Assembly: GCA_934254815.1 (NCBI GenBank)
Contig: CAKQME010000004.1
Location: 45,984-109,983, forward strand
Direction of reading: 5' to 3'
From: an uncultured Clostridia bacterium
GTDB taxonomy: Bacteria; Bacillota; Clostridia; Christensenellales; Borkfalkiaceae
Length of the DNA stretch: 64,000 nt
Positions 19,505-28,289 of this stretch are shown here, piece by piece; within the stretch, counting starts at the first letter, position 1, and each line of letters starts with the position of its first letter. The position numbers were made by a program, and so were the translations under genes. The notes beneath the pieces are model-generated. The model saw only the letters and a program-made list of their open reading frames with translations. It did not search any database and had not been told where the DNA came from.

Positions 19505-19819
19505 TCGTTGGATAACGGCGAATTTGAAAGAGTGGTAAACGAAATAAAGGCCGTTTACGGGGTTATGGCTGAAACTACGGGTACTTTATGGGAGAATACC
19601 GCCCCGACGACAAGCTGTAATCACGGTATAGCGGCTTATGCGGGGTATGCGCTCGTCCGCGCGCTTACGGACTTCATCGGTTTTGAGAACGATTGCCCCA
19701 AATTTGCGGAGAGTTTCGCCTGCAAACACGGAGAATTTTATATTCCTTGCGGAAATTCGGTTTTGTCCGTCATAATAAAAGACGGAAAAAGAGAAATAAG
19801 CTTGACGAAACAAAGGTGA
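19505..19819 (+). pseudogene. Orphan C-terminal fragment of a GH78-like six-hairpin glycosidase
   Basis: 'ETTGTLWENTAPTTSCNHGIAAYAGYALVRAL' parallels 'GATSFYETE...SLCHGWSS' in the intact GH78-like gene at 15936. No catalytic N-terminal part and no RBS are present. The listed ORF start overlaps the SIMPL gene. Confidence 0.45.
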
Positions 19820-19915
19820 TTTATGAAATTTTCCGCGAAATAACGGCTTTGCTTTACCCGCCCGACCAAACACATAGAAATTAAACTTATTGAGACGATA
19901 TTCGAAGTATAAATT

Positions 19916-20782
19916 ATGATTAAAATTAAAAACCCGATATGTAACGGGCAGGATCCGTTTATTCTGGCATATAACGGAAAGTATTATATGTACTCTCAGT
20001 CGGCGGACGATAAAGGTTTTGACGCGTTTGTCTCCGACGACATGCAGACGTGGAGCGATTGCGGCAGATGTCTTTCAGAGGACGACTGCATCGGTAAGTC
20101 CGACTTCTGGGCGCCCGAAGTGGTGGCGTATAAAGGAAAGTTTGTAATGGTGTTTTCCGCCGATATGCATTTAGGCGTCGCCGTTTCCGATTTTCCCGTC
20201 GGACCGTTCAGACAGACGGATAAAGGGTGGCTGTTCGGTACAGGAGCTATCGACGGGCATATTTTTATCGATAACGGTAAATTATATCTGTTTAACGTGC
20301 TTTGGGGCTTTACCGATAGCGGAGATAACAGAGAAGAGATATGGGGTTCGGAGTTAAACGCCGATTTTACCGTGAACGAAAAAACTCTTAAAAGGCTTAT
20401 AGTTCCCGAAACTCCGTGGGAGACGATTGAGGGAAATGTGGTCGAGGGACCTTATATATTGAAGCATAGCGGCAGATATTACATGAGTTATTCGGCAAAT
20501 AACTACACCTGTAAGGATTATTCCGTAGGTTACGCCGTTTCGGATTCTCCGCTTGGCGATTACGTTAAATACGAAAACAATCCGATACTTAAAAGCGGCG
20601 AAAAATATTGCGCGCCCGGGCATAATTCTTTTGTTACGGCTTTTGACGACAGGCTTTATTGCGTGTATCACATACATAGCGACGATAAAAACATATTGCC
20701 GCGTAAAATATGTATATCCTTGGCGGAATTTGTAACCGAAGAAAACGGAAAAGAGATATTACGGATAGAAAAACCGCTGTGA
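19916..20782 (+). CDS. Glycoside hydrolase family 43 (beta-xylosidase/arabinofuranosidase type)
   Basis: 'DPFILAYNGKYYMYS', 'FWAPEVVAYKGKFVMVFSA' and 'VEGPYILKHSGRYYMSYSAN' are classic GH43 five-bladed-propeller blocks carrying the catalytic D, D and E residues. Confidence 0.85.
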   Translation: MIKIKNPICNGQDPFILAYNGKYYMYSQSADDKGFDAFVSDDMQTWSDCGRCLSEDDCIGKSDFWAPEVVAYKGKFVMVFSADMHLGVAVSDFPVGPFRQTDKGWLFGTGAIDGHIFIDNGKLYLFNVLWGFTDSGDNREEIWGSELNADFTVNEKTLKRLIVPETPWETIEGNVVEGPYILKHSGRYYMSYSANNYTCKDYSVGYAVSDSPLGDYVKYENNPILKSGEKYCAPGHNSFVTAFDDRLYCVYHIHSDDKNILPRKICISLAEFVTEENGKEILRIEKPL

Positions 20783-20864
20783 CACCCGACGAGTTTGGGC
20801 GAAATAAATTAACTTACGGACGAAATTTATTGTCCGCAATCAGGTGGCGACGGAAGTTATAGCA

Positions 20865-20904
20865 CGAACGGTAAAATTGCGATATTTTGCCGTTCGGAAT
20901 TTTT
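20865..20904 (+). terminator. Rho-independent terminator after the GH43 gene
   Basis: 12-bp stem cgaacggtaaaa / ttttgccgttcg (one G-U pair), 8-nt loop, then gaattttt. Confidence 0.65.
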
Positions 20905-20942
20905 GATGAAAGATAAAACCCGCCGGATATTATTTTATTTCA

Positions 20943-20971
20943 TTGACAAATAAGGCGTAAGTTGTTATAAT
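20943..20971 (+). promoter_or_regulatory. Consensus sigma-A promoter
   Basis: TTGACA-N17-TATAAT with a TGn extension, 79 nt upstream of the ATG at 21050. Confidence 0.7.
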
Positions 20972-21049
20972 CTGATAAAACGGTAAGCCGATTATTATTA
21001 AAAATAATAAATTCGATAAAAACGGGCAAGATAATAGCGGAGAAAATTG

Positions 21050-21373
21050 ATGGGTAAAGTAAAATTTATTGTCGGAACGATATTGTTTGCGCTTGTGGTT
21101 ATAACCTGTTTTGCAGGGACTTATTTATTGTATTACGCTACGCATATCAAAGAGGCGGCTGAAACTATAGTCGCGATAATCGCTATACCGATAGGGCTTA
21201 TATGTTACGGCGGACAAATCGTTTTCGGCGTGGTATCCGAAATTTTATTGTGGAATAATTTCCGTAAAAACGGCTGTTGTAAAACGGCAAGTCTGGTTAT
21301 CGCGATATCGGGGCTTGTTTTATTGGCTTTCTCCGCGGGATATCTCGGCTATATTTTTATTTCCAACGCCTGA
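21050..21373 (+). CDS. Small integral membrane protein (three TM helices), function unknown
   Basis: ATG at 21050 is preceded by GGAG at 7-nt spacing; the listed ORF start at 21047 is a TTG one codon upstream. Three hydrophobic helices. Confidence 0.6.
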   Translation: MGKVKFIVGTILFALVVITCFAGTYLLYYATHIKEAAETIVAIIAIPIGLICYGGQIVFGVVSEILLWNNFRKNGCCKTASLVIAISGLVLLAFSAGYLGYIFISNA

Positions 21374-21379
21374 TTAAAG

Positions 21380-21408
21380 TTGACAAAATAAAAATAAAAT
21401 ACTATACT
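21380..21408 (+). promoter_or_regulatory. Sigma-A promoter of fucU-manA; the transcript would be (near-)leaderless
   Basis: TTGACA-N17-TATACT. The -10 element ends 9 nt before the fucU ATG, and no Shine-Dalgarno sequence lies between them. Confidence 0.6.
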
Positions 21409-21417
21409 TACGGTATT

Positions 21418-21849
21418 ATGTTGAAAAGAATATCTAAACTTGTATCACCCGAACTTATAAAAGTGCTTTGCGAAATGGGGCATGGCGACGAAATCGTAAT
21501 TGCGGACGGTAATTTCCCCGCGGCGAACTTTGGCAAACGCGTAGTCCGCGCGGACGGAATAGGCGGCCCTGAAATGCTCGACGCAATATTGTCTTTGATT
21601 CCGCTTGACGCGTATTCCGACCCCAACTTTATTTTAATGCGCCTTATGAAATGCGACGAGGGCAAAATAAACCCCGTAATCTGGGATAAATATAAAAAGA
21701 TTGCCCAAAAACGCGACAAACACGTTAATTTCGGAGATATGGAGCGTTTCGAGTTTTACGAAAGGGCTAAAAACGCTTACGCCATAGTCGCTACCGGCGA
21801 AGAAGCCGTGTACGCTAATATTATTCTTAAAAAAGGCGTAGTCATATGA
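21418..21849 (+). CDS. fucU: L-fucose mutarotase (RbsD/FucU family)
   Basis: 'MLKRISKLVSPELIKVLCEMGHGDEIVIADGNFPA' aligns from residue 1 with the E. coli FucU N-terminus as I recall it. Confidence 0.85.
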   Translation: MLKRISKLVSPELIKVLCEMGHGDEIVIADGNFPAANFGKRVVRADGIGGPEMLDAILSLIPLDAYSDPNFILMRLMKCDEGKINPVIWDKYKKIAQKRDKHVNFGDMERFEFYERAKNAYAIVATGEEAVYANIILKKGVVI

Positions 21850-22757
21850 TAAAACTTAAACCCGTACTCAAAGATTATCTTTGGGGCGGAGAAAAATTAA
21901 AAACTCTGTTCGGCAGAGAAAAAGACGGCGTTATTGCCGAAAGCTGGGAAATTTCCGTGCATAAAGACGGCGAAAGCACGTTGGCGGGAACGGATATAAC
22001 CTTTGCCGAGTACCTTAAAGATAACCCGACGGCGGTCGATACGGACGGCGGAGAATTTCCCGTACTTATAAAATATATCGACGCCGCGAAAAATCTTTCC
22101 GTGCAGGTTCATCCGAGCGACGAATACGCGCAGAAGTACGAACACGATAACGGAAAAACGGAAATGTGGTATATTATTTCCGCAGAGAAAGGCGCGGGAA
22201 TATATTGCGGCTTTAAACGAGATACGGGCAGGGAAGAATTTCTTGCTAAAGTAAAAGACGGCACGGTTGAAGAACTTCTCAACTTCATACCCGTAAAGGC
22301 GGGCGATTGTTACCTTATTAAAGCGGGAACGGTGCATGCTATCGGCGCGGGGTGCGTGATATGCGAAATACAGCAAAACAGCAACGTAACTTACCGCGTG
22401 TACGACTATAACCGCAGGGGAGCGGACGGAAAGCTCAGACCGTTGCATATAGATAAAGCCGTTGAAGTTATAAATTTCAATAAGTTTAAAGACGAAACCG
22501 ACGGCGGCGAATACAAGGCTGCCGGGTCTTCGGAAATCCGCGAACTTACGCGCTGCGAATATTTCCGTTGCCGCGAACTTAAACTGAACGGCGAATATAA
22601 GGAGAAAAACGAAACGTCGTTTGTCGCGATAGACGTTATATCGGGCAGCGGGCAAATCGACGGTGAAAAATTCGTTGCGGGCGACAGCTTTTTTATTCCT
22701 TGCGGCGAAGAATTTGTTTTAAACGGCTCAGCCGTTGCGATTATCACAACTAAATAA
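21846..22757 (+). CDS. manA: Mannose-6-phosphate isomerase, class I (cupin)
   Basis: 'LKDYLWGGEKL', 'QVHPSDEYA', 'GKTEMWYII' and 'GTVHAIGAG'. The start overlaps the fucU stop in an ATGA arrangement. Confidence 0.85.
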   Translation: MIKLKPVLKDYLWGGEKLKTLFGREKDGVIAESWEISVHKDGESTLAGTDITFAEYLKDNPTAVDTDGGEFPVLIKYIDAAKNLSVQVHPSDEYAQKYEHDNGKTEMWYIISAEKGAGIYCGFKRDTGREEFLAKVKDGTVEELLNFIPVKAGDCYLIKAGTVHAIGAGCVICEIQQNSNVTYRVYDYNRRGADGKLRPLHIDKAVEVINFNKFKDETDGGEYKAAGSSEIRELTRCEYFRCRELKLNGEYKEKNETSFVAIDVISGSGQIDGEKFVAGDSFFIPCGEEFVLNGSAVAIITTK

Positions 22758-22763
22758 AACGAG

Positions 22764-22805
22764 AGGGATATTGCCTGAAATACGGGAATATCCTTTTTAT
22801 TTTTT
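22764..22805 (+). terminator. Terminator after manA
   Basis: Hairpin ggatatt...aatatcc followed by tttttatttttt. Confidence 0.55.
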
Positions 22806-22837
22806 GTCATATTAAGCGTAAGCGAAATATCCCGCCG

Positions 22838-22888
22838 AAAAGAAAAAATAAAAGTAGAACCCCCTGCGGAATATCTGCAGGGGGTTCT
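22838..22888 (-). terminator. Terminator of the 1076-aa lipoprotein gene
   Basis: Perfect 12-bp stem agaaccccctgc / gcagggggttct with a 9-nt loop. On the minus strand it is followed by tacttttattttttctttt. Confidence 0.8.
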
Positions 22889-22908
22889 GTGTAACCGATT
22901 TAATTCGA

Positions 22909-25900
22909 TTAAGCCGCTATAGAAGCTTTTATTTGCTCTAACTTTTCAAGGTTGGTTATAGCTTTTTCGTCTTCGACTATTTCTATCAAAGAGTCTATCT
23001 TTTCGATAGCGGAAGTAAGTTCTTCGCTTGTCATAGTCGTCGCGTCGAGCGCGTTGATTGCGTCGATTACCGTTTTAGCCGCTCCCGTCTTGAAACCTCT
23101 TCCCGTAGCGATGTAATAATTTACTTTTATGCAATACTGCGAGGTTTCGGGATGATTTGCGTCTATCAAAGCCCAAGCCTTGTAGTTTTTAAGTTCTTCG
23201 CAACGTTCTGCGTAGAATTCCGAATAATCTTCGTAGAATTTAAGCATCTCGTCGACGGATTTATTGAACGAACTCCATTCTCCGAAAGCTTTATCCATTT
23301 CTTTGAGTTCGGCAAGTATCTGTTCGGCTTCGGCAATAGTTATTTCGGCGTATTTGCCTGTGATATTTTCCGCCGCCGCGTTGAGTTTGTCGATTTCGAC
23401 GTCAACGGTCGATTGTTCGCCTAAACTTTCGATTTTCGTCATTATTCCGCTTACTTTCTTTATAAGCTCGATAAGTTCTTCGACGGAAAGATTTTCGACG
23501 TCAACGTCAAGCTCGTTTATCAAGCCGTTGATTTCTTCTACGCTCGCTTTTTCGCTTTCGTATCTTGCCGCGAAGTATGCGCTTGCGGCTTCGGCATATG
23601 CGCTTACGAAATATTCTTTCTGCGCGTCGGTGAAGTTGTCGAAAGTGTAATTTTTCTTATCTTCGCTTGCCGCAAATTTGTCTACGTTTTCTTTTGCGGT
23701 TTTAGCCTGACTTTCATAAGAGGAAAGATTTTCGTAATTATAAACAAGCAACTTCTGATCTTCTGTAAGTGCTTCGTAATTTGCTTTTACGTCTGCGAAT
23801 TTCTGAGCGTTGTCGTCGGTGAGAATAACTCCGTTAAGTTCGGATATTCCGGCTCTTACCGCTGCGGCAATCTCGTCGTTTGCAAGCGCGCTTGCGAAAT
23901 CGAAGCCGAAATCGGACAATTTTTCGTTTGCTTTAAGTTCGAGCGTTATTAGCGTAGACTTGTCGTATTCTACGTTCGGGTTGTAGACATAATCCATTCC
24001 GACATTCAGTATATCGACGTTTAAGGTCAACGCGCCGTTTTCGATATCGTATTTCAGACTTGCGCCCGCCAAGGGGTTCGAAAGGTCGAGGAACATCAAT
24101 ATAAGCGCGCCCGTTTCTCCGAGTTTGTCGAATACCATATCCGGCAATTCGCTCATAAACAGAGAGTTGATTATATCGACGGTACCTTTCTGTAAAGCAA
24201 GTTCGATAATACCGTTTTCTTTGTCGTAATTGAATTCGAGCAGTTCGGGCAACATAGTCACTACGGACGATAAGTCTGCCGACGAGGTCGCGGCGAAAGT
24301 CTGCGCGCCGAAATTCATTTCGGGAAGTTCGATTTTCTTTACGAATATAGCTTTTTCATCTGTGACGAACGCGATATAGACAGCTCCGTCTTTATAGTCG
24401 ACGAGTATTTCGTCTGCCGTGTCGACAAGCGGAAGCCATTCGGGAGCGTCGGGCATCATCATAGGAACAAGACCGAGCATTTGTTTCAGCATATCGTCGA
24501 GCGTGATTTTAGCTTCGGCTTTAAACGCTTTCGCGGGGTCGGTAATCGTCGTGTCGTAAACGAACGATAAATTACAGTTTACGGTAAATGCCATTCCGCC
24601 GAACAAACTCGGACTTAACGAAAGCGTAACGTCGGTTCCGAACGCGAGTTCGGTTTCGTAATCTTCGAAGCTTTCGGGAATATTGTATAATTCGTTGGCG
24701 ATAGTTGCGGTAATGCCTAATTCCTTATCGCTTGTGCCGATAGCCGCATAAACGGCGTTTATTCTGTCGTCGGGCATATATACCTTAACGGCGCAATCGA
24801 AACTGCCTGCTTCGTCGGCGGTTATTATGCCTAAGTTGGTAAGCGCGGTGCAGATAAACGAATCGAGTTCGTCCGCAAGACCTATTATATAAGTATCTTT
24901 TTCGGTTTCGGATTCTTCAACGGTAAGAACTTCTTTGAGCTTGGAGATAATGCTCTCCGCGTCGTTGAAGTCGAGGTCGAGATCGTTTACGGCGGATACG
25001 TCCGTCGCGAACGCTAATTTCTTACCGGCAAGGTTGGCGTAGAAAGTTCCGTCGTGATAGATAACGCCGATTTTACCGTCGAGCGTACCTACCGAAAGTG
25101 TGAAGTCAAAGGCTTCGGCGGTCTTTTTCGTACCCGCTATAAGTCCGTCAAGGTCGGCTTTTCCGCTGAGTTTGAAAGGAACGCTTATATCGTTGTAATA
25201 TATGCTGCCCGTAAGCGAAACGCCGTCGCGGAAGTTAAGATTTACAAGCGAAGCGGCGATTTTGTCAAGTCCGCTCTTTTCCGTAGGTTTGTTCGGGTCT
25301 ATTTCGGACGGAGTGGAATCCATAGCCGCGTTAAACGCCGCCGTATCGGGTATTTCTAAATCGCCGTTGAAATCGGAGAACGTAACCGTATTGTTTTCGG
25401 TACAATCCATATCTCCGAGAACGGGAACGTTTACGGTGTATTTGCTCGTATATGTAGCAGAAACGGGGGTGAAGTCGTCTTTTATAACTATCGTAACCAC
25501 GGTGTTTTCGCTGAATACGGGATATCCGCCGAGTCCGCCGAATTCTTTCATCTGATAGGCGAGTTTGGCGTTGGCTTCGTTTTTGTCAAGCGCAACTTCG
25601 TATTCGTAACCGCCGTCGACTTTTTTGTAGCTTGCGGAAACGATGGTATTCTGATTATATATATGTCCCGTGAGAAGCTTGGCGGGCGTAATGCCGTAAA
25701 CCGATTCGTAAGAAGCGCGGACAACGTTTTTAATGTCCTTACCGTTTACGCGGTAAGCCACGTTGTTGTTTTTGGCGAAAGCTTCGTGTCTGAAATTTAC
25801 GAAAGCCGAATGAGACTCGGTGTCGGCGTAAAATTCGTCGCCGTGCTTTATAGCCGTAGCCGTGGTGGTCTGAGTGTACGAGACTATACCTTTTTTAGCC

Positions 25901-26139
25901 GTCGAAGTGCCTGAGGACTGAGACTTATAAGTGGTATAAGAATCGAGTTTGCCGAGCGCGGCGTATATAGCCGTGGTCGCGTCGTATTTGTCGGGCGTCT
26001 TTTTAAGACCCGTCATAACCGTGTCCTGACCGTTTACGGCAGACGGCGGCGTGACGTTCTTTTCACCGCATCCGACAAGCGAAAATGCCAAACATACGGT
26101 AAAGATAACCGCGAGTATGCTTGTCAAAGTTCTTTTCAT
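22909..26139 (-). CDS. Large lipoprotein (1076 aa), function unknown, with a helical Glu/Ala/Lys-rich C-terminal third
   Basis: Lipobox 'AFSLVGCGEK' and RBS AAAGGAG. No domain was recognised by eye. Confidence 0.8.
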   Translation of the reverse strand: MKRTLTSILAVIFTVCLAFSLVGCGEKNVTPPSAVNGQDTVMTGLKKTPDKYDATTAIYAALGKLDSYTTYKSQSSGTSTAKKGIVSYTQTTTATAIKHGDEFYADTESHSAFVNFRHEAFAKNNNVAYRVNGKDIKNVVRASYESVYGITPAKLLTGHIYNQNTIVSASYKKVDGGYEYEVALDKNEANAKLAYQMKEFGGLGGYPVFSENTVVTIVIKDDFTPVSATYTSKYTVNVPVLGDMDCTENNTVTFSDFNGDLEIPDTAAFNAAMDSTPSEIDPNKPTEKSGLDKIAASLVNLNFRDGVSLTGSIYYNDISVPFKLSGKADLDGLIAGTKKTAEAFDFTLSVGTLDGKIGVIYHDGTFYANLAGKKLAFATDVSAVNDLDLDFNDAESIISKLKEVLTVEESETEKDTYIIGLADELDSFICTALTNLGIITADEAGSFDCAVKVYMPDDRINAVYAAIGTSDKELGITATIANELYNIPESFEDYETELAFGTDVTLSLSPSLFGGMAFTVNCNLSFVYDTTITDPAKAFKAEAKITLDDMLKQMLGLVPMMMPDAPEWLPLVDTADEILVDYKDGAVYIAFVTDEKAIFVKKIELPEMNFGAQTFAATSSADLSSVVTMLPELLEFNYDKENGIIELALQKGTVDIINSLFMSELPDMVFDKLGETGALILMFLDLSNPLAGASLKYDIENGALTLNVDILNVGMDYVYNPNVEYDKSTLITLELKANEKLSDFGFDFASALANDEIAAAVRAGISELNGVILTDDNAQKFADVKANYEALTEDQKLLVYNYENLSSYESQAKTAKENVDKFAASEDKKNYTFDNFTDAQKEYFVSAYAEAASAYFAARYESEKASVEEINGLINELDVDVENLSVEELIELIKKVSGIMTKIESLGEQSTVDVEIDKLNAAAENITGKYAEITIAEAEQILAELKEMDKAFGEWSSFNKSVDEMLKFYEDYSEFYAERCEELKNYKAWALIDANHPETSQYCIKVNYYIATGRGFKTGAAKTVIDAINALDATTMTSEELTSAIEKIDSLIEIVEDEKAITNLEKLEQIKASIAA

Positions 26140-26187
26140 AAGTTCTCCTTTGCATTACGGATAGTCTTGCATCGTAACGCGTTTATA

Positions 26188-26216
26188 ATTGTAACAAGAT
26201 ATAAAAATAAAAGCAA
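26188..26216 (-). promoter_or_regulatory. Sigma-A promoter of the 1076-aa lipoprotein gene
   Basis: Minus strand: TTGCTT-N17-TACAAT with a TGn extension. The -35 element overlaps the upstream terminator. Confidence 0.55.
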
Positions 26217-26234
26217 ACGTTTTTAAGCGTTTGC
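26198..26234 (-). terminator. Terminator of the XRE-permease operon
   Basis: Minus strand: gcaaacg-cttaaaaa-cgtttgc followed by ttttattttta. Confidence 0.7.
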
Positions 26235-26327
26235 CCGTATAATCTTTTTCTACTACTCTCGAAACGGTATAGAATGGCTGTCTACCGTTGGTAGATATGC
26301 GTTAATCGCCCTATTTATCGACTTATA

Positions 26328-27428
26328 TTAAAATATCGAACATACGACGAGAAGCACTGCCAGAAAACCGAAATTTATCGCGGAAAACAGCGCGAGATAT
26401 TTACCGGTCTTTTCACCGCCGCTTTTGTAGCTGCCCAACGTTATAAGGCTTGCCAGACTCGCTATGGGCGTGCCTAAACCGCCGACGTTCACGCCCCTTA
26501 AAAGTGCGGAATAATTATTTGTAAAGCGGCACAACAGAGTTGCCGACGGAACGTTTGATATTATCTGACAGGACAGCGCGGAAACGAGAAGCGTGTTTTT
26601 GTCAAGCAACGAGCTTAAAATGTCGCTTACCGCAGGTATTCGCGACATATTTCCGCTGAAAACGAAAAACGCGCAAAAGGTCAAAAGTAAGCCGTAATTC
26701 ACTTTTTTGTACGCTTTCGGGTCTGCGATAAGTACGCCGAGCGCGGCTATCGAAATGCCTATGAAATAAGGAAAAACCCGCATTACAGATATTACGGATA
26801 CGGCGAATAACGCAAGATATAAAATCGCGCGCGGTTTGTCGAGCGTTAATATTTCGTCGTCTTTAAGCTCTGCCGTTTCGCGTTTAACCGTAAAGCAACA
26901 CGCAACTATAAGCAGAAGCGCGGCGGCGAACGGCGGAAACATTACGGTGAAAAATTCCCCGTTCGGTATGTTATAGTAAGAATATAGATATAAATTCTGC
27001 GGGTTGCCGAACGGCGTGAGCATTCCGCCTAAATTGGCGGCTACGTTCTGCATAATGAAAGTAAACGCCATTTTATCTCTGCGCCCGATTTTGGTCAGCA
27101 CGAAATATCCGAGCGGTAAAAAGGTTATAAGCGCCATATCGTTTGCCATAATCATCGACCCGAAGTAGGTTATAAACACAAGCGCGAACGTAATTGCCCG
27201 TAAATTCTTGAACCTGACTATTATTTGTCGCGCGAGTATTTCGAAAAAGCGGATATCAGACAGAGCTTCTACCACTGCGAGCGTGCCGAAAAGACAACAG
27301 AGCGTCGATAAATCGAAATACTCCGGATACTTTTCGTCGGGCGGAATAATGAACGCCGTAATGACGGCAAGCGTTATCGCTATCGACAATACGGCGTTGT
27401 TTTTTAAAAAAGTAAGTAGTTTTTTCAT
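26328..27428 (-). CDS. ArsB/NhaD-superfamily (citrate-transporter-like) anion permease
   Basis: About 10 TM helices and 'GGMLTPFGNPQNLYLY' (the GNPQN motif of this superfamily). The real start is MKKLLTFLKNN at 27428. The 164 codons upstream in the listed ORF overlap the XRE gene out of frame. Confidence 0.75.
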   Translation of the reverse strand: MKKLLTFLKNNAVLSIAITLAVITAFIIPPDEKYPEYFDLSTLCCLFGTLAVVEALSDIRFFEILARQIIVRFKNLRAITFALVFITYFGSMIMANDMALITFLPLGYFVLTKIGRRDKMAFTFIMQNVAANLGGMLTPFGNPQNLYLYSYYNIPNGEFFTVMFPPFAAALLLIVACCFTVKRETAELKDDEILTLDKPRAILYLALFAVSVISVMRVFPYFIGISIAALGVLIADPKAYKKVNYGLLLTFCAFFVFSGNMSRIPAVSDILSSLLDKNTLLVSALSCQIISNVPSATLLCRFTNNYSALLRGVNVGGLGTPIASLASLITLGSYKSGGEKTGKYLALFSAINFGFLAVLLVVCSIF

Positions 27429-28036
27429 TTTAACTTTATTATCTTGAAACTGAGCATCGTTACGAGTTCGGCAGGCAGAAGAATAAGGAATATCCAGGGG
27501 AAGAACGATCCCGAAGCCAGATAGGCTATTAAAAACGCGTCTACACACAGCGAAACGAGTAACCCCGTTATCATCCAGAAACAATGTATGCGTTTGCCCC
27601 AGAGCGAAGCGAAAACTATTCCGACTATCGCGACGAGCGGCAATGGGAATACATAACAATATAATAAATTGCGCCCTATGTTTTTGAAAATCGATTGAAG
27701 AGTGACGAAAACTATCGTCTCTAAAACGGCAATGGCAAAAACCGTGATAGCAGAAATAAGCATACGGTTTTTCTTTTTTACTTCTTTCGCATAAGACGAT
27801 TGTTCGGCGGCTATTTCGGGCTGGTCGTGTTCGGTTACGAGAAAATCGAGCGAAACCCCGAAAAGCTCGGCTATCGTCATAAGCACGGTTACGTCGGGTA
27901 TGGATTCGCCCCTTTCCCATTTCGATACCGCTTTATCCGAATAATTTATTTTTTCCGCGAGTTCTATCTGCGTCAACTTCATTTGTTTTCTTAAAGATAT
28001 TAAATTACGGGCGAAAATCACTTTTACGTCTTGCAT
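27425..28036 (-). CDS. XRE-family HTH regulator fused to a four-TM membrane domain
   Basis: HTH_3 region 'LRKQMKLTQIELAEKINYSDKAVSKWERGESIPDVTVLMTIAELFGVSLDFLV' followed by hydrophobic helices. Its stop overlaps the permease ATG (ATGA). Confidence 0.85.
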   Translation of the reverse strand: MQDVKVIFARNLISLRKQMKLTQIELAEKINYSDKAVSKWERGESIPDVTVLMTIAELFGVSLDFLVTEHDQPEIAAEQSSYAKEVKKKNRMLISAITVFAIAVLETIVFVTLQSIFKNIGRNLLYCYVFPLPLVAIVGIVFASLWGKRIHCFWMITGLLVSLCVDAFLIAYLASGSFFPWIFLILLPAELVTMLSFKIIKLK

Positions 28037-28063
28037 TACGATCTCCTAAAAACTTTTTTATAT

Positions 28064-28092
28064 ATTTTAGCATATAAGCCGTAAAAAATCAA
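28064..28092 (-). promoter_or_regulatory. Sigma-A promoter of the XRE-permease operon
   Basis: Minus strand: TTGATT-N17-TAAAAT with a TGn extension. The -10 element lies inside an AT-rich palindrome ttatat-N8-atataa. Confidence 0.55.
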
Positions 28093-28289
28093 TCGAAAAT
28101 AACGTAAAATGTCGAAAACGACAATATTTATACGCGTATCTACCGCGAGTAGAGTTCATTAAAAACGGCTCTACTTTGAGAATTTCAAGGGGATAGACGG
28201 TAAAACCCGAAGTAGGTTGTAATTTTTGCCCAAACGGTATATGCTTTTGTCAAAAGCCGATAAACGTTTTGGTCGGCGGAGGTTATGTT

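Noticed and set aside
27429-27920. A 164-codon N-terminal extension of the permease ORF (listed as 26328..27920)
   Set aside because: The extension overlaps the XRE regulator gene out of frame and is Arg-rich nonsense. The hydrophobic permease sequence starts at MKKLLTF (27428), with an ATGA overlap to the upstream stop.
28140-28175. The hairpin agtagag-N14-ctctact upstream of the GDSL gene as a riboswitch or terminator
   Set aside because: The stem is short (7 bp), there is no convincing T-tract, no plus-strand gene lies upstream, and the sequence resembles no riboswitch class I know.
28269-28289. A TTG start for the GDSL hydrolase
   Set aside because: The GGAGG lies inside this extension and is optimally spaced for the in-frame ATG at 28290.
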